The notes under the pieces were generated by a model, which had not been told where the DNA came from, did not search any database, and was given only the letters and a program-made list of their open reading frames with translations. Positions 43,071 through 51,860 of a stretch of DNA of 64,000 nucleotides are shown here, piece after piece (the stretch's first letter is position 1; every line of letters begins with the position of its first letter). The translations under genes and the position numbers were made by a program. This DNA is from an uncultured delta proteobacterium. GTDB lineage: Bacteria; Desulfobacterota; RBG-13-43-22. Location: assembly GCA_963743305.1 (NCBI GenBank), contig CAVUPH010000014.1, positions 96,001-160,000 on the forward strand. Reading direction: 5' to 3'.

Positions 43071-43203
43071 GCCCTTGGTCATAAAGTGCGGCTTCTCCCC
43101 GGCTGGAGCGATCCCCGGCTGATCGTGGCCTCGACCCGTGGAACGAAATAGGCAGTCCGGAAAAATTCAATACAGTACCTAGGTCCGCCTCGGTACTGTG
43201 GCT

Positions 43204-43297
43204 TTATGTTTCTTTACCGGCAAAAATCTCCTCGATACGTCGATCCGGCACAAGCGATCACGCCGTCGCTGAAGACTTCGAACCTGTTTTTACCCAT
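43204..43297 (-). pseudogene. Collapsed TMEM175 paralog (start fused to end)
   Basis: MGKNRFEVFSDGVIA joined to VPDRRIEEIFAGKET*; both parts match 33108-33692 at DNA level. Confidence 0.8.
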
Positions 43298-43360
43298 CCA
43301 GGCTTCTTTCTCTAGTGGTTGCCGATCGTGCGCTCATGATTCGGAGCACATTCTCCATCC

Positions 43361-43726
43361 TTAGAAGCTTCTTTTCAATTTGGCGCCGAGCGTTCCGCCA
43401 AAGACCGAGAGAATGACCAGGAGCGGTAGCGACAGCGTCGCCACGAGAAAAGATGAAGACCGGCTATGGAAATCTGAGGGAAGACCCACAGCTGACCAAA
43501 CCATGTTCAGGAGTCCCATCATTGCAACCATCGCGATACCCAGCAATGCGAAATGGCCAAGCTTAGTTTGCCGGGAGAGAACACCCGATAAAAAGCCGCC
43601 CAGCAACTCCGCAAGATATGGAAGCCAAACAAAGCTTGCCGGCAGTGCCCGGGCAAGATTCAAAGCAGAAAGGTAAACGACCTGCATCCCTGCGAACAGA
43701 CTGAGCCCACTAAAGATTGCTCTCAT
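43361..43726 (-). CDS. Hypothetical four-TM membrane protein
   Basis: Hydrophobic ORF, likely start MRAIFSG. Confidence 0.6.
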   Translation of the reverse strand: MRAIFSGLSLFAGMQVVYLSALNLARALPASFVWLPYLAELLGGFLSGVLSRQTKLGHFALLGIAMVAMMGLLNMVWSAVGLPSDFHSRSSSFLVATLSLPLLVILSVFGGTLGAKLKRSF

Positions 43727-43752
43727 GTTGACTTGTTGGTTCGCTTCAACCC

Positions 43753-43928
43753 CCATTTTACCCGAGATCGTCAAGAATATCGAAGAGAAGGCCGTGGCCT
43801 GGAAAAACGCTGCGGGGGACGTAAACCAAGTACTCCTCTCCCCAGCCGAAGCCCATAGATCCAGAAACCCTTAATAGCAAAAACAGGCGATTCTTTTTAA
43901 GTTAACGGCATTGGGAACGATCCCCTAT
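43753..43928 (+). mobile_element. 3' remnant of a Y1/RAYT-like transposase with its flank, copy 2
   Basis: Homologous to 41173-41355. Confidence 0.55.
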
Positions 43929-43941
43929 TACTCTTTAAATC

Positions 43942-43999
43942 GCCAGATCAGACGTAACGGGCGTGCCATAGACACGCCCCGTTGACCGAGGGGTTAGGT
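43942..43999 (-). other. attC-like site (R' degenerate)
   Basis: ACCTAAC-N6-GTCAACGGGGCGTGTC-TAT-GGCACGCCCGTTAC. Confidence 0.6.
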
Positions 44000-44085
44000 G
44001 CCTGTTTCTGGATAGGCATATGGTGTCTCCCAGTCCATCTCGGCAGCACGATCGAAGCTGCCGATCAAGTGGTCGACGAATGTGA

Positions 44086-44622
44086 TCATGGTTTATACTC
44101 CTTGATGACCATCTTCAATGAATCCTGGGCGTGCACTAACAAGACAGGAAGAGCCAGAGATGACGCGGTAAAAGTAAGCATCTCCTTTTCTGAATAGTAA
44201 TCAATCCCGGTGCATGCTCCAGCAAGCAGCAGCCAACACTTTGGGTGAGAATTCTCCGAGATAATACTGGAGTACATCTCCAACCTGTTCTTAACAATCT
44301 CCGAGGGTTCAAGTTGGGGGAAGGTCCTCTTTAACATGGCTTCCAAGATTGTGTCCATCATCTTAAGGTAGAATTGGATTCTTATGTCCGGGATACTCCC
44401 CCTGAATGTAGTAAGTAGGGCGTGATCCATCAGGAACTTTGAGAGGATTAGGCACTCAAGGGTCTTTATCCCTTCGTTTTCTTTCCACCTGTAATGTTCG
44501 CCACTAAGATGCTTGACTAACTGAGTACAGATGTCGCCCATGCAGCCAGGCAAAATAGTGAAGGGCTCAACCTCAGTAGGGCCACTGTTTCTCTTAAAAA
44601 TACCCTTGATTCTCTTCAGCAC
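44086..44622 (-). CDS. Hypothetical cassette-like protein
   Basis: AGGAG RBS before GTG at 44622; low GC; lies between attC-like sites. Confidence 0.6.
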   Translation of the reverse strand: MLKRIKGIFKRNSGPTEVEPFTILPGCMGDICTQLVKHLSGEHYRWKENEGIKTLECLILSKFLMDHALLTTFRGSIPDIRIQFYLKMMDTILEAMLKRTFPQLEPSEIVKNRLEMYSSIISENSHPKCWLLLAGACTGIDYYSEKEMLTFTASSLALPVLLVHAQDSLKMVIKEYKP

Positions 44623-44697
44623 CGTTACGTCTCCTATCAACCTTTTTTCTTGAGGACCCGACGACTGAGGGTAATCACCTTCTATTCCTCTTTCTAA

Positions 44698-44778
44698 GTG
44701 TAACGATGTCAATCCGGAACGCGAACAAGCAACCGAAGCGTCCCTTGGGAGCGCCCCCCTGGCAGGGCAGGGTTAGAC
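44698..44778 (-). other. attC-like site (degenerate)
   Basis: GTCTAAC...GTTACAC, 81 bp, directly after the upstream gene stop. Confidence 0.5.
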
Positions 44779-44787
44779 CGCTGCGGC

Positions 44788-45615
44788 TTAGAAGAAGGCC
44801 GGATCGGCCGGGGGCTGAACATGCCAGTTAAGCCTCTTGTGAAGCATCTCGCCTTGAGACCGACGCATACATGCAAAGCGGGAGACGGTGCGTGAAATAG
44901 AAATGCCCCGTTCCTTGATGTAGTTCTCTTCTGCGAGGGAAAACGGGTCATCCGATCGATGTGTGCCCGTACAATAGAACGCGACGAAGTCTTCAAGTTC
45001 GTCTTGGTGCCGGTAGAACCCCTCGCCGCATAGCGCGAGGACAAAGACTGCACCAGAGCCGCTCAAGCCGGATCCAGCGATCTTTTGCTCCAGGTCTACG
45101 GCGTACTCCAATATGCGCCCGCGTGCGGCAAAGGCATAGTGCCACAATTCTCCTCCAAGCCATTGCTTGTCGAGAAGGACGGCGATGTTTTTGGGGAACC
45201 AACCCTCGTGAATAGCGCGTTCATATTGTTCCCAACGATCTTTGGCAACAGGCTTGATTGTTTTGACGTCAACAAAGACAACCGGGCAATCCACCGCCTC
45301 GGCGCGAAAATCGATCGATTTCTCGGTATGATCAAGCCGCGCCTCGTACGTGATCGTATGAAAATGCGTGCCCTGATTGTTTAACAGCGCATCTGCTACG
45401 CAGAGTTCGTTGTGCGCCTCGTTTACAGTCCTGAAGTGTCTTCGCCCACGTTGAAGCACTTGCTCAACGGACGCCTTGAAGCGAGCGATGAGTTGATCAC
45501 CCTGCGGAAACCGATTGGTGTTCTGGGCGAACTTTGCGGCGAAGGTGCCTACGACATTCGCGGCGTAGGCATCGATCCAGGCGGTATCTTCGGTATCGAG
45601 TCGTTGGAGTGGCAT
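44788..45615 (-). CDS. Hypothetical protein with PD-(D/E)xK-like motif
   Basis: HNELCV...SIDF...FVDVKT. Confidence 0.6.
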   Translation of the reverse strand: MPLQRLDTEDTAWIDAYAANVVGTFAAKFAQNTNRFPQGDQLIARFKASVEQVLQRGRRHFRTVNEAHNELCVADALLNNQGTHFHTITYEARLDHTEKSIDFRAEAVDCPVVFVDVKTIKPVAKDRWEQYERAIHEGWFPKNIAVLLDKQWLGGELWHYAFAARGRILEYAVDLEQKIAGSGLSGSGAVFVLALCGEGFYRHQDELEDFVAFYCTGTHRSDDPFSLAEENYIKERGISISRTVSRFACMRRSQGEMLHKRLNWHVQPPADPAFF

Positions 45616-45674
45616 TAACGTCACCTGTTATTAGTGAACCCAGACGAACCCTTTTAAATTAGAAGAAAAACGCA

Positions 45675-45872
45675 CTATTTCAGACCAATATTTTGCCTTA
45701 AACGGCTTTTTTCGTGGTCAAAATGGAGACCATAAGACTTTGAGCCTCCCGAAGCTGCTTTTGCTCTCCATCCGTTACTATCATTACGTCCATCGATGTT
45801 CCGTTTAGAAGCTTTCAGCCATTTTCCCCACTTCACGACATCCCGTTTGTCGCCGTACCACCAGTCACGCAT
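45675..45872 (-). pseudogene. Truncated cassette gene fragment
   Basis: ATG immediately after attC R'; MRDWWYGDKRDVVKWG then apparently unrelated sequence. Confidence 0.4.
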
Positions 45873-45874
45873 TG

Positions 45875-45956
45875 GCAGAACCTCTTTTCAGCCGAAAGGC
45901 TGCTATCACAAGGAGGTCGGCTTTATGGCAGCTCCGGCTGCAGGCCTTGGTTAGGC
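45875..45956 (-). other. attC-like site
   Basis: GCCTAAC (overlaps the higA stop)...CAGCCGGA-GCTGCCATAA...TTGTGATAGCAGC-TTCGGCTG...GTTCTGC, 82 bp. Confidence 0.7.
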
Positions 45957-46326
45957 CGCGTCCTTTAAAGTCCGATAAGATTGAATCAGCACTTCGGCGG
46001 AAATACCCAATCCATCATGAAGATTTCGAATCATCCCCATGGTGAGCGGGCGTTTCCGGTTCAGGATCTCCGACACGCGGGCACGACCGATAAAGAGATC
46101 TAAGTCGCGACGAGTGCGGCCGTGGCTTTCCATATGATACAAAATGGCCTCAATGGGGTCGGGAAGAGGAATCGTGTGGTGCTTCTCTTCGTAGGCTTCA
46201 ATCAGCGTTGTCAGAACCTCGAGGCGATCTGCCTCAGCGGTGCCGGGATTGGCATCAAAAAGTCGCTCAACCTCTTTGAGTGCTCCCTCGTAATTGGCTT
46301 CTGCTTTTATTGGTTTAATTCTCAGG
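45951..46326 (-). CDS. higA: HigA-type HTH antitoxin (start codon unclear)
   Basis: IKPIK...YEGALKE, LIEAYEEKH, PDPIEAI, RVSEILNRKRPL. Confidence 0.8.
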
Positions 46327-46338
46327 TCTCGGTCCTCC

Positions 46339-46392
46339 TTAAGCCGTAGCGACGTCTTTCCGGTCGTACTCCTGGTGGGTACGGACAAAACT
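46339..46392 (-). pseudogene. C-terminal remnant of HigB toxin
   Basis: FVRTHQEYDRKDV*, matching the FxGTHxEYD ending of HigB. Confidence 0.65.
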
Positions 46393-46444
46393 GAATAGTT
46401 GGTCCGACCGCCTTTTCAAGCCTATGCTTCGGCTATGCCGGGTC

Positions 46445-46751
46445 TTAAGCGGCACTGGAAAGTGGGTGCACTTCCTTATCCAGGCGATCATCCAGAGCCT
46501 CCAGCGCCACCTCCATATCATAATGTGTCTGAAGATTAAGCCAGAATTTCCGCTTCCATTGTGAAGAAGCGCCCCAGACGGAGTGCCGTGTCGGCGGTTA
46601 TGGCGCGCCGCCCGTGTATGATTTCATTTATGCGGCGCGGGGTTACTCCAATATCTTTGGCCAATCGGTACTGGGTCACCCCCATCGGCTCCAGAAATTC
46701 TGTCAAGAGGATTTCGCCAGGGTGGATCGGGGGAAAATCACGTTTAGTCAT
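46445..46751 (-). CDS. higA: HigA/VapI antitoxin with a +1 frameshift near 46548
   Basis: PIHPGEIL, ITADTALRL; continues FWLNLQTHYD in the shifted frame; 101 aa restored. Confidence 0.88.
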
Positions 46752-46762
46752 AATGTCACCTC

Positions 46763-47044
46763 TCAGTGGTAATCAACGATCTCGACATCGTAGGCGCTAT
46801 TTTCTTGCCAAAAAAAGCAGATGCGCCACCGGTTGTTGATTCGGATGCGGTGCTGCCCCTTCCTGTCGCCACGCAATGCCTCCAGATAATTGGAAGGTGG
46901 AATACGCAGCGTTTCAATGACGGTCGCCGCGTTCAGCATCTTGAGCTTCATGGCCGCAGTTCGTTGAATGGACTGCGGCAACTTGGCGGAAAAATATCCG
47001 TGAAAAATCTTTTCAGTTTCCTTACACTTGAAGGACTTGATCAT
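46763..47044 (-). CDS. higB: HigB (RelE/ParE family) toxin
   Basis: MIKSF, PPSNYLEALRGDRKGQ, WRICF, EIVDYH. Confidence 0.92.
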   Translation of the reverse strand: MIKSFKCKETEKIFHGYFSAKLPQSIQRTAAMKLKMLNAATVIETLRIPPSNYLEALRGDRKGQHRIRINNRWRICFFWQENSAYDVEIVDYH

Positions 47045-47181
47045 TAAGCTATGCTATCTTACCAGGATATTATCGTCAAGAGATATTATTCAAAGGAATG
47101 GTGGGCTGCCCAGGTTTTTAATAAAGGTGGGGCAAGAAGTCCTCTGGCTATGATATAATTGAAGAAAAAGGAGGGAAAACG

Positions 47182-47949
47182 ATGAAGCCTATTTCAGGAT
47201 TTCCAACAGGGATGGCGGGGGTTTTGGGATTATTGATAGTGATGGCCGCCTTCGCATTTTCAGGACCGGCTTGGGCGACGGCGCCGACGGGAGCGGAGGC
47301 GGCGGAGCTGAAAAAGCTGACCGCCAACATCCATTGGCTGGGGCATGACAGCTTCCGGATCGACGGGGAGGGCCTGGTGATCTATCTGGATCCCTACAAG
47401 CTCAAGGAAGGGCCCAAGGCCGACCTGATCCTGATCACCCATGACCATCAGGACCACGCCTCGCCGGCCGACGTGGCCAAGATCCGGAAGCCGGATACGG
47501 TCATTGTGACCATCGCCAAGGCCGCCGAAAAGCTCAGCGGAGAGATCAAGACCGTGAAGCCGGGCGATGAATTGACGGTCAAGGGCGTCAAGATCAAGGC
47601 CGTCCCGGCTTACAACGTCAACAAGTTCCGCAGCCCGGGCGTGCCTTTCCATCCCAAAGAGGCCGGGCACGTGGGGTATGTCCTGACGGTCAAGGGGGTC
47701 CGGATCTACCACACCGGCGATTCGGATTTTATTCCGGAGATGAAAGGGCTGGCGCCGGACGTGGCTTTGCTGCCGGTCAGCGGGACCTATGTCATGACCG
47801 CCGAGGAGGCTGTCGAGGCGGCGGCGGCCATCCAGCCCAAGGTCGCCATTCCCATGCACGTCGGGGAAGGGATCGGGTCCCTGGCCGACGCCCAGCGCTT
47901 TAAGGAAAAGGCCACGGTCCCGGTGATCGTCCTGCCTATAGAAAAATAG
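47182..47949 (+). CDS. Exported MBL-fold metallohydrolase
   Basis: Signal peptide; WLGH, THDHQDH, YHTGD, IPMH. Confidence 0.9.
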   Translation: MKPISGFPTGMAGVLGLLIVMAAFAFSGPAWATAPTGAEAAELKKLTANIHWLGHDSFRIDGEGLVIYLDPYKLKEGPKADLILITHDHQDHASPADVAKIRKPDTVIVTIAKAAEKLSGEIKTVKPGDELTVKGVKIKAVPAYNVNKFRSPGVPFHPKEAGHVGYVLTVKGVRIYHTGDSDFIPEMKGLAPDVALLPVSGTYVMTAEEAVEAAAAIQPKVAIPMHVGEGIGSLADAQRFKEKATVPVIVLPIEK

Positions 47950-47961
47950 AAGGCCGATCCA

Positions 47962-48005
47962 CAAAAAAAGGGAGGGGGCAGACCCGGACGGGCCGCCCCC
48001 TCCCT
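47962..48005. terminator. Intrinsic terminator between convergent genes
   Basis: AGGGAGGGGGC...GCCCCCTCCCT with an A-run (U-tail for the minus strand). Confidence 0.75.
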
Positions 48006-48044
48006 GATTGAATATCAACCGTTGATCAATTTCTTCCCTATCGC

Positions 48045-49118
48045 TTAGTTCTTCCGGGCACCTTCCCAGATCCACTGCTTGAGGGCCTGGTAATCCGGAT
48101 GGTGTTCGTTCCAGAAGGTCCCCCCTCCGTGAGGAACTCCCCCGGCCACGGTTTTAAGCAGCAGAAGGCTTTTTCTCGGGTGGGAGGAGTCAACTACGGC
48201 TTCCACCCCATGCTTGGAGATGGTTTCAGAACCGATAACCTTCAAGGGAATGGTGGGGTCATAGAGCGGCGACTGCACTGACGATCCCTCGAAGGTCATG
48301 AGATCGAGGCCCCCGCTGTAGTCTACGGCCGTGGAAGGCGTGTCGTGGTCCGTCTTGGTGTTCATGGGGGTCACTGTCTTCCCGGGGATATGGCAGGGCG
48401 AACAGTTGCTCCTCAAGATCGGGTAGATATGCTTCCGGTACCCGAGGTGACGGGCCGGGTAGGATTCCAGGGTGGGGGCCTTCCCCACCCAGAGCGCTCC
48501 CGAACGATGCGCAACACCGCCGTGGTGCATGTTACAGCTCATGCGCGGGGTGGTCATACTCCCCCCCGCTCCGGCAATGGTCATCATCGGCCGGACGGAA
48601 TTTCCCTTCCGGGTCCAGGTCTTGTAGTGCCAGGTCGAGGGATCGTTGGCCGGGGCGGGGCTGACCAGGTTCCCGCTGCTGTCCAGCGTATACCTCGGGA
48701 TAAAGGGTTCGTGGCCATGGGTGGTTGCCACCGTATACGGGTTGCTGGCCAGGGGGCTGGTCGTCCAGAAATTCCCGGCCTGGTTGCTGGTCATGCTGAT
48801 GACCTTTCCCTCCCGGTCCTGCAGGATGATCTCGCCGCCCTTGAGCACGGCGCGTCCCGGACGGTCTTTATACAGGGTCCCTGACATGGTCCAGACATAC
48901 CCCTCGGCTCTTCCACCCGGGCGGTGGCACCGGCCGCAGTCCTCGCCCGGGTGGTGGGTTCCCCGCCCCGGGGCGTTGTCCTGGCCGACGATATGTCCGT
49001 CCGGCGCCGGTTGGTACATCCTTCCCAGGGCATTGAAGGTACTTTCGTCATAGACCTGGGCCAGGGCCAGGGCGGCCAGTCCCAGGACCGACAAAAATAT
49101 GATCAGGTGTTTTTTCAT
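48045..49118 (-). CDS. Exported c-type cytochrome (two CxxCH plus one CxxHH variant)
   Basis: Signal peptide; CGRCH, CSPCH, CNMHH. Confidence 0.75.
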   Translation of the reverse strand: MKKHLIIFLSVLGLAALALAQVYDESTFNALGRMYQPAPDGHIVGQDNAPGRGTHHPGEDCGRCHRPGGRAEGYVWTMSGTLYKDRPGRAVLKGGEIILQDREGKVISMTSNQAGNFWTTSPLASNPYTVATTHGHEPFIPRYTLDSSGNLVSPAPANDPSTWHYKTWTRKGNSVRPMMTIAGAGGSMTTPRMSCNMHHGGVAHRSGALWVGKAPTLESYPARHLGYRKHIYPILRSNCSPCHIPGKTVTPMNTKTDHDTPSTAVDYSGGLDLMTFEGSSVQSPLYDPTIPLKVIGSETISKHGVEAVVDSSHPRKSLLLLKTVAGGVPHGGGTFWNEHHPDYQALKQWIWEGARKN

Positions 49119-49144
49119 AGTCGTTTCTCCTTTATTCTCGGGCC

Positions 49145-50548
49145 TTAGGAGCCGGCTGACGGGTCATTCAGATTAAAAAGACGGACGCTCCCGGTATTAT
49201 CCAGTTCGGTGGGAGCTCCGGCCGCCAGCCAATTCCCCCACTTCCCTTTCCCCGCGGCCAGGAAGGTGCCCAAGTGCAGGTCCCGGGCGGTTGCCGGAAT
49301 GGCTTTGACGGATCCAATAGCGGCCGGGGTTTCCAGGTCCATCGCGCTGAAAAGATATATTTTCCCGGTCATCGGCAGGGTGGCCCCGTCAGCATGGACG
49401 GCGCTCACCGCCAGAAGCCGGTTACCGTTCTTATCTGTCCTCGCCAGAATGGCGGAGGCGAACTGCCCCGAATTGGGCTCTCCATCGATCCTGGCCAGAT
49501 AATCGGTTGCCGTGTTGACTACCCTTATCCCCGATCCGCCTCGAATGATGAACAGTCTTCCGACATCGCTGACACCATTAATGGCCGCCTGATAGGCACC
49601 AATGGCAATATCATTGAAGCCGTCACGGTTTACGTCCCACAAGACCGCAACCGCCTGGCCGAATCCCCCATCCGTCCCGCTGATGGTCACGTCGGGCCCG
49701 GCGGGCTGAAACGAGGAGTCCAGCGGTCCATAGAACCCGATCACCTTGCCGCTGGCCCCCAGGAGCAGGTCATCCACGCCGTCACCGTTGATGTCCCCCG
49801 CGGCCAAGGATAGTCCGAGTGCCCCGTAGGTTGAAGTGGCCGGAATCCTTATCCGTTCCGACTCGCGAAATTTCGGTCCGAAATAAACATAGACCGCCCC
49901 CTGTTGATACAGGTCCGGGCTGGGGGAGTGCAGGGGGGCGCCTACCACCAGGTCCGGCTCCCCATCTCCGTTCAAATCACCCGAAGACAGAACGTAGCCA
50001 AACCGGTCCATAGCGTTCTCACCTTCCAGGACAAGGACCGGGTGCGGGGGAGAACCGTTTTTATAGACGCTAACCGTACCGGAAAGGGAACCCTGTTGCC
50101 CGCTTCCGGTAACCGCACCGGCGGCAAAGAACCCTTGGCCTTTCCGCTTGCCGTTCTCCAGAGCCACCAGGCTCCAACCCAGATTCCCCTCACCCTTCAG
50201 AATAGAAACGGGAGGGGATAGAAACCCTTTGGGGGTGGAATGGTAAACCAATAGCGCCCCATTGGCCCCATTAGTTTGGGCATAGGGCGCGCCGACGACC
50301 AGGTCTTCCTGTCCGTCGCCGTTAAGATCCAGGGAAGCACCGGACTTTCCTTGCATGCTCCCTTCCAGGGACTTTTGAATAAGAACGGACGTATTAAAGT
50401 GGCCCTGCTTCCAAAAACCTTTCGAATAAGGAAAGTAGGCATTTCCAGCCGCATAAAGCAATCCGGATGCCGCCAATACCAGCCCGATTATTCGAGCCCC
50501 TCTTATCAATAGAAACTTATCTTTTATTGACTTGAACAAATTGCTCAT
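49145..50548 (-). CDS. FG-GAP repeat (integrin-alpha beta-propeller) exported protein
   Basis: Repeated DLNGDG..DLVVGAP motifs. Confidence 0.9.
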   Translation of the reverse strand: MSNLFKSIKDKFLLIRGARIIGLVLAASGLLYAAGNAYFPYSKGFWKQGHFNTSVLIQKSLEGSMQGKSGASLDLNGDGQEDLVVGAPYAQTNGANGALLVYHSTPKGFLSPPVSILKGEGNLGWSLVALENGKRKGQGFFAAGAVTGSGQQGSLSGTVSVYKNGSPPHPVLVLEGENAMDRFGYVLSSGDLNGDGEPDLVVGAPLHSPSPDLYQQGAVYVYFGPKFRESERIRIPATSTYGALGLSLAAGDINGDGVDDLLLGASGKVIGFYGPLDSSFQPAGPDVTISGTDGGFGQAVAVLWDVNRDGFNDIAIGAYQAAINGVSDVGRLFIIRGGSGIRVVNTATDYLARIDGEPNSGQFASAILARTDKNGNRLLAVSAVHADGATLPMTGKIYLFSAMDLETPAAIGSVKAIPATARDLHLGTFLAAGKGKWGNWLAAGAPTELDNTGSVRLFNLNDPSAGS

Positions 50549-50836
50549 TTTCGCTCCTTTCTCATCCCACCATTTGTGGGGTCCAAAATTTTAGAAGCGC
50601 TATCTGTCGATTTCGGGAATAAGTCTATCAATCCCTCCGGCGAACCTGAACCTGGTTCAAGGGAGACAATCCCTTCCTGGTCAAAAAACCATTGCCCTGG
50701 AAGTACTGCTTTTCTTGCGACCCCTCAGGTCTTCCGGATCCGGACAAACGAATCACCCCGGGGTTTCCTGGTGAGTGAAAGCGCCCGCCGGAGACAAAAA
50801 TCTCCCTTAGGAATCATAGGTTAAGGTTGACAGGGG

Positions 50837-51229
50837 TCAGGTTCGGCAGGACCCGGGCGGAGGCTTTACAGGAGGACTTTCAAATCCTGGAAGGGATCTC
50901 CCAGGATCTGGTTCAAACATAGACCCTTCCGCATTGAACTTGTTTCCGTTCACATAAGACAGCAGCAAAAAAGGAGGCGGTCTATCTGAGTCACGGTCCA
51001 GGCCGCATCGGCAACCTTGCCGGTATTCGACCCTTTTTTCGGAATTCATTTGGCAGTAACAGATCATCGTCCCGCCGGGGGAGGCGTTGGCTTGGGGGAT
51101 GTTGAACGAACAACAGTGAATTTCTGATCCGGGGAGGCGGCAGGTGCAGGATGGCCAAGCTCCTCTAAAAAGAGGCAGGGTAGCAAAGTTCAAGAATAGG
51201 AGCAAAAGCACCAGCCCTTTCACCGCCAT
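50837..51229 (-). CDS. Small exported Cys-rich protein with Pro-rich C-terminus
   Basis: Signal peptide; CTC, CC, CYC, CRC; ends SPPVKPPP. Confidence 0.6.
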   Translation of the reverse strand: MAVKGLVLLLLFLNFATLPLFRGAWPSCTCRLPGSEIHCCSFNIPQANASPGGTMICYCQMNSEKRVEYRQGCRCGLDRDSDRPPPFLLLSYVNGNKFNAEGSMFEPDPGRSLPGFESPPVKPPPGSCRT

Positions 51230-51307
51230 GGGAGGCGCCCCTCTTTTCCAGGTCCCATGCAGTCAGAATATCAAATCGAGGTCAAGGAATCAATAATTAG
51301 AATTGGC

Positions 51308-51472
51308 TTCGGATCCTATTTCGGAGATGAAAGGCCTGGCCTCGGACATAGCTTTGCTGCCGGTTAGCGGGACCTATGTCATGACCGCCGAGGAAGCTGT
51401 CGAGGCGGCGGCGGCCATCCAGCCCAAGGTGGCATACCCATGCACGTCGGGGAAGGGATCGGGTCCCTGGCC
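51308..51472 (+). pseudogene. Partial duplicate of the MBL hydrolase 3' region
   Basis: High DNA similarity to 47721-47886. Confidence 0.9.
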
Positions 51473-51492
51473 TACGTCTAGCGGTTTGATGA

Positions 51493-51588
51493 AAATCCCC
51501 CCCCCGCCCCCCTTTTTCTAAGGTGGGAGCCAAAGGCCTTCTTCCGCAAGATCCCTCCCTTTATAAAAGGGAGGTTGGGAGGGATTTT
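51493..51588. repeat. Inverted pair of C/G-run REP-like palindromes
   Basis: AAATCCCCCC..CCCCCTTTTTCTAAGGTGGGAG and CTCCCTTTATAAAAGGGAGGTTGGGAGGGATTT. Confidence 0.5.
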
Positions 51589-51860
51589 TGAAAAAATTGA
51601 AAAAGGGTAAATTAATACCAATAAGGTTATTTTCGTATTAAACCCCCTTACAGAGGTCAACGATTTCCCCTGGAGTCTCCTCCGAGATCCTCCAGGTGTC
51701 TAGGGTTGCCGGCCAGGTCAGTAATCCCGCTGTTAATTTTGCCGATACTATTCTTCATCAGGTCACATTGAGAAAGAGTCGCCAGCGTCCTTTGGGCAGG
51801 AGATCGGAATAGATCACATACCGCACCGGGTTATGGAGATCGGCTATACGGGATTTGAGC

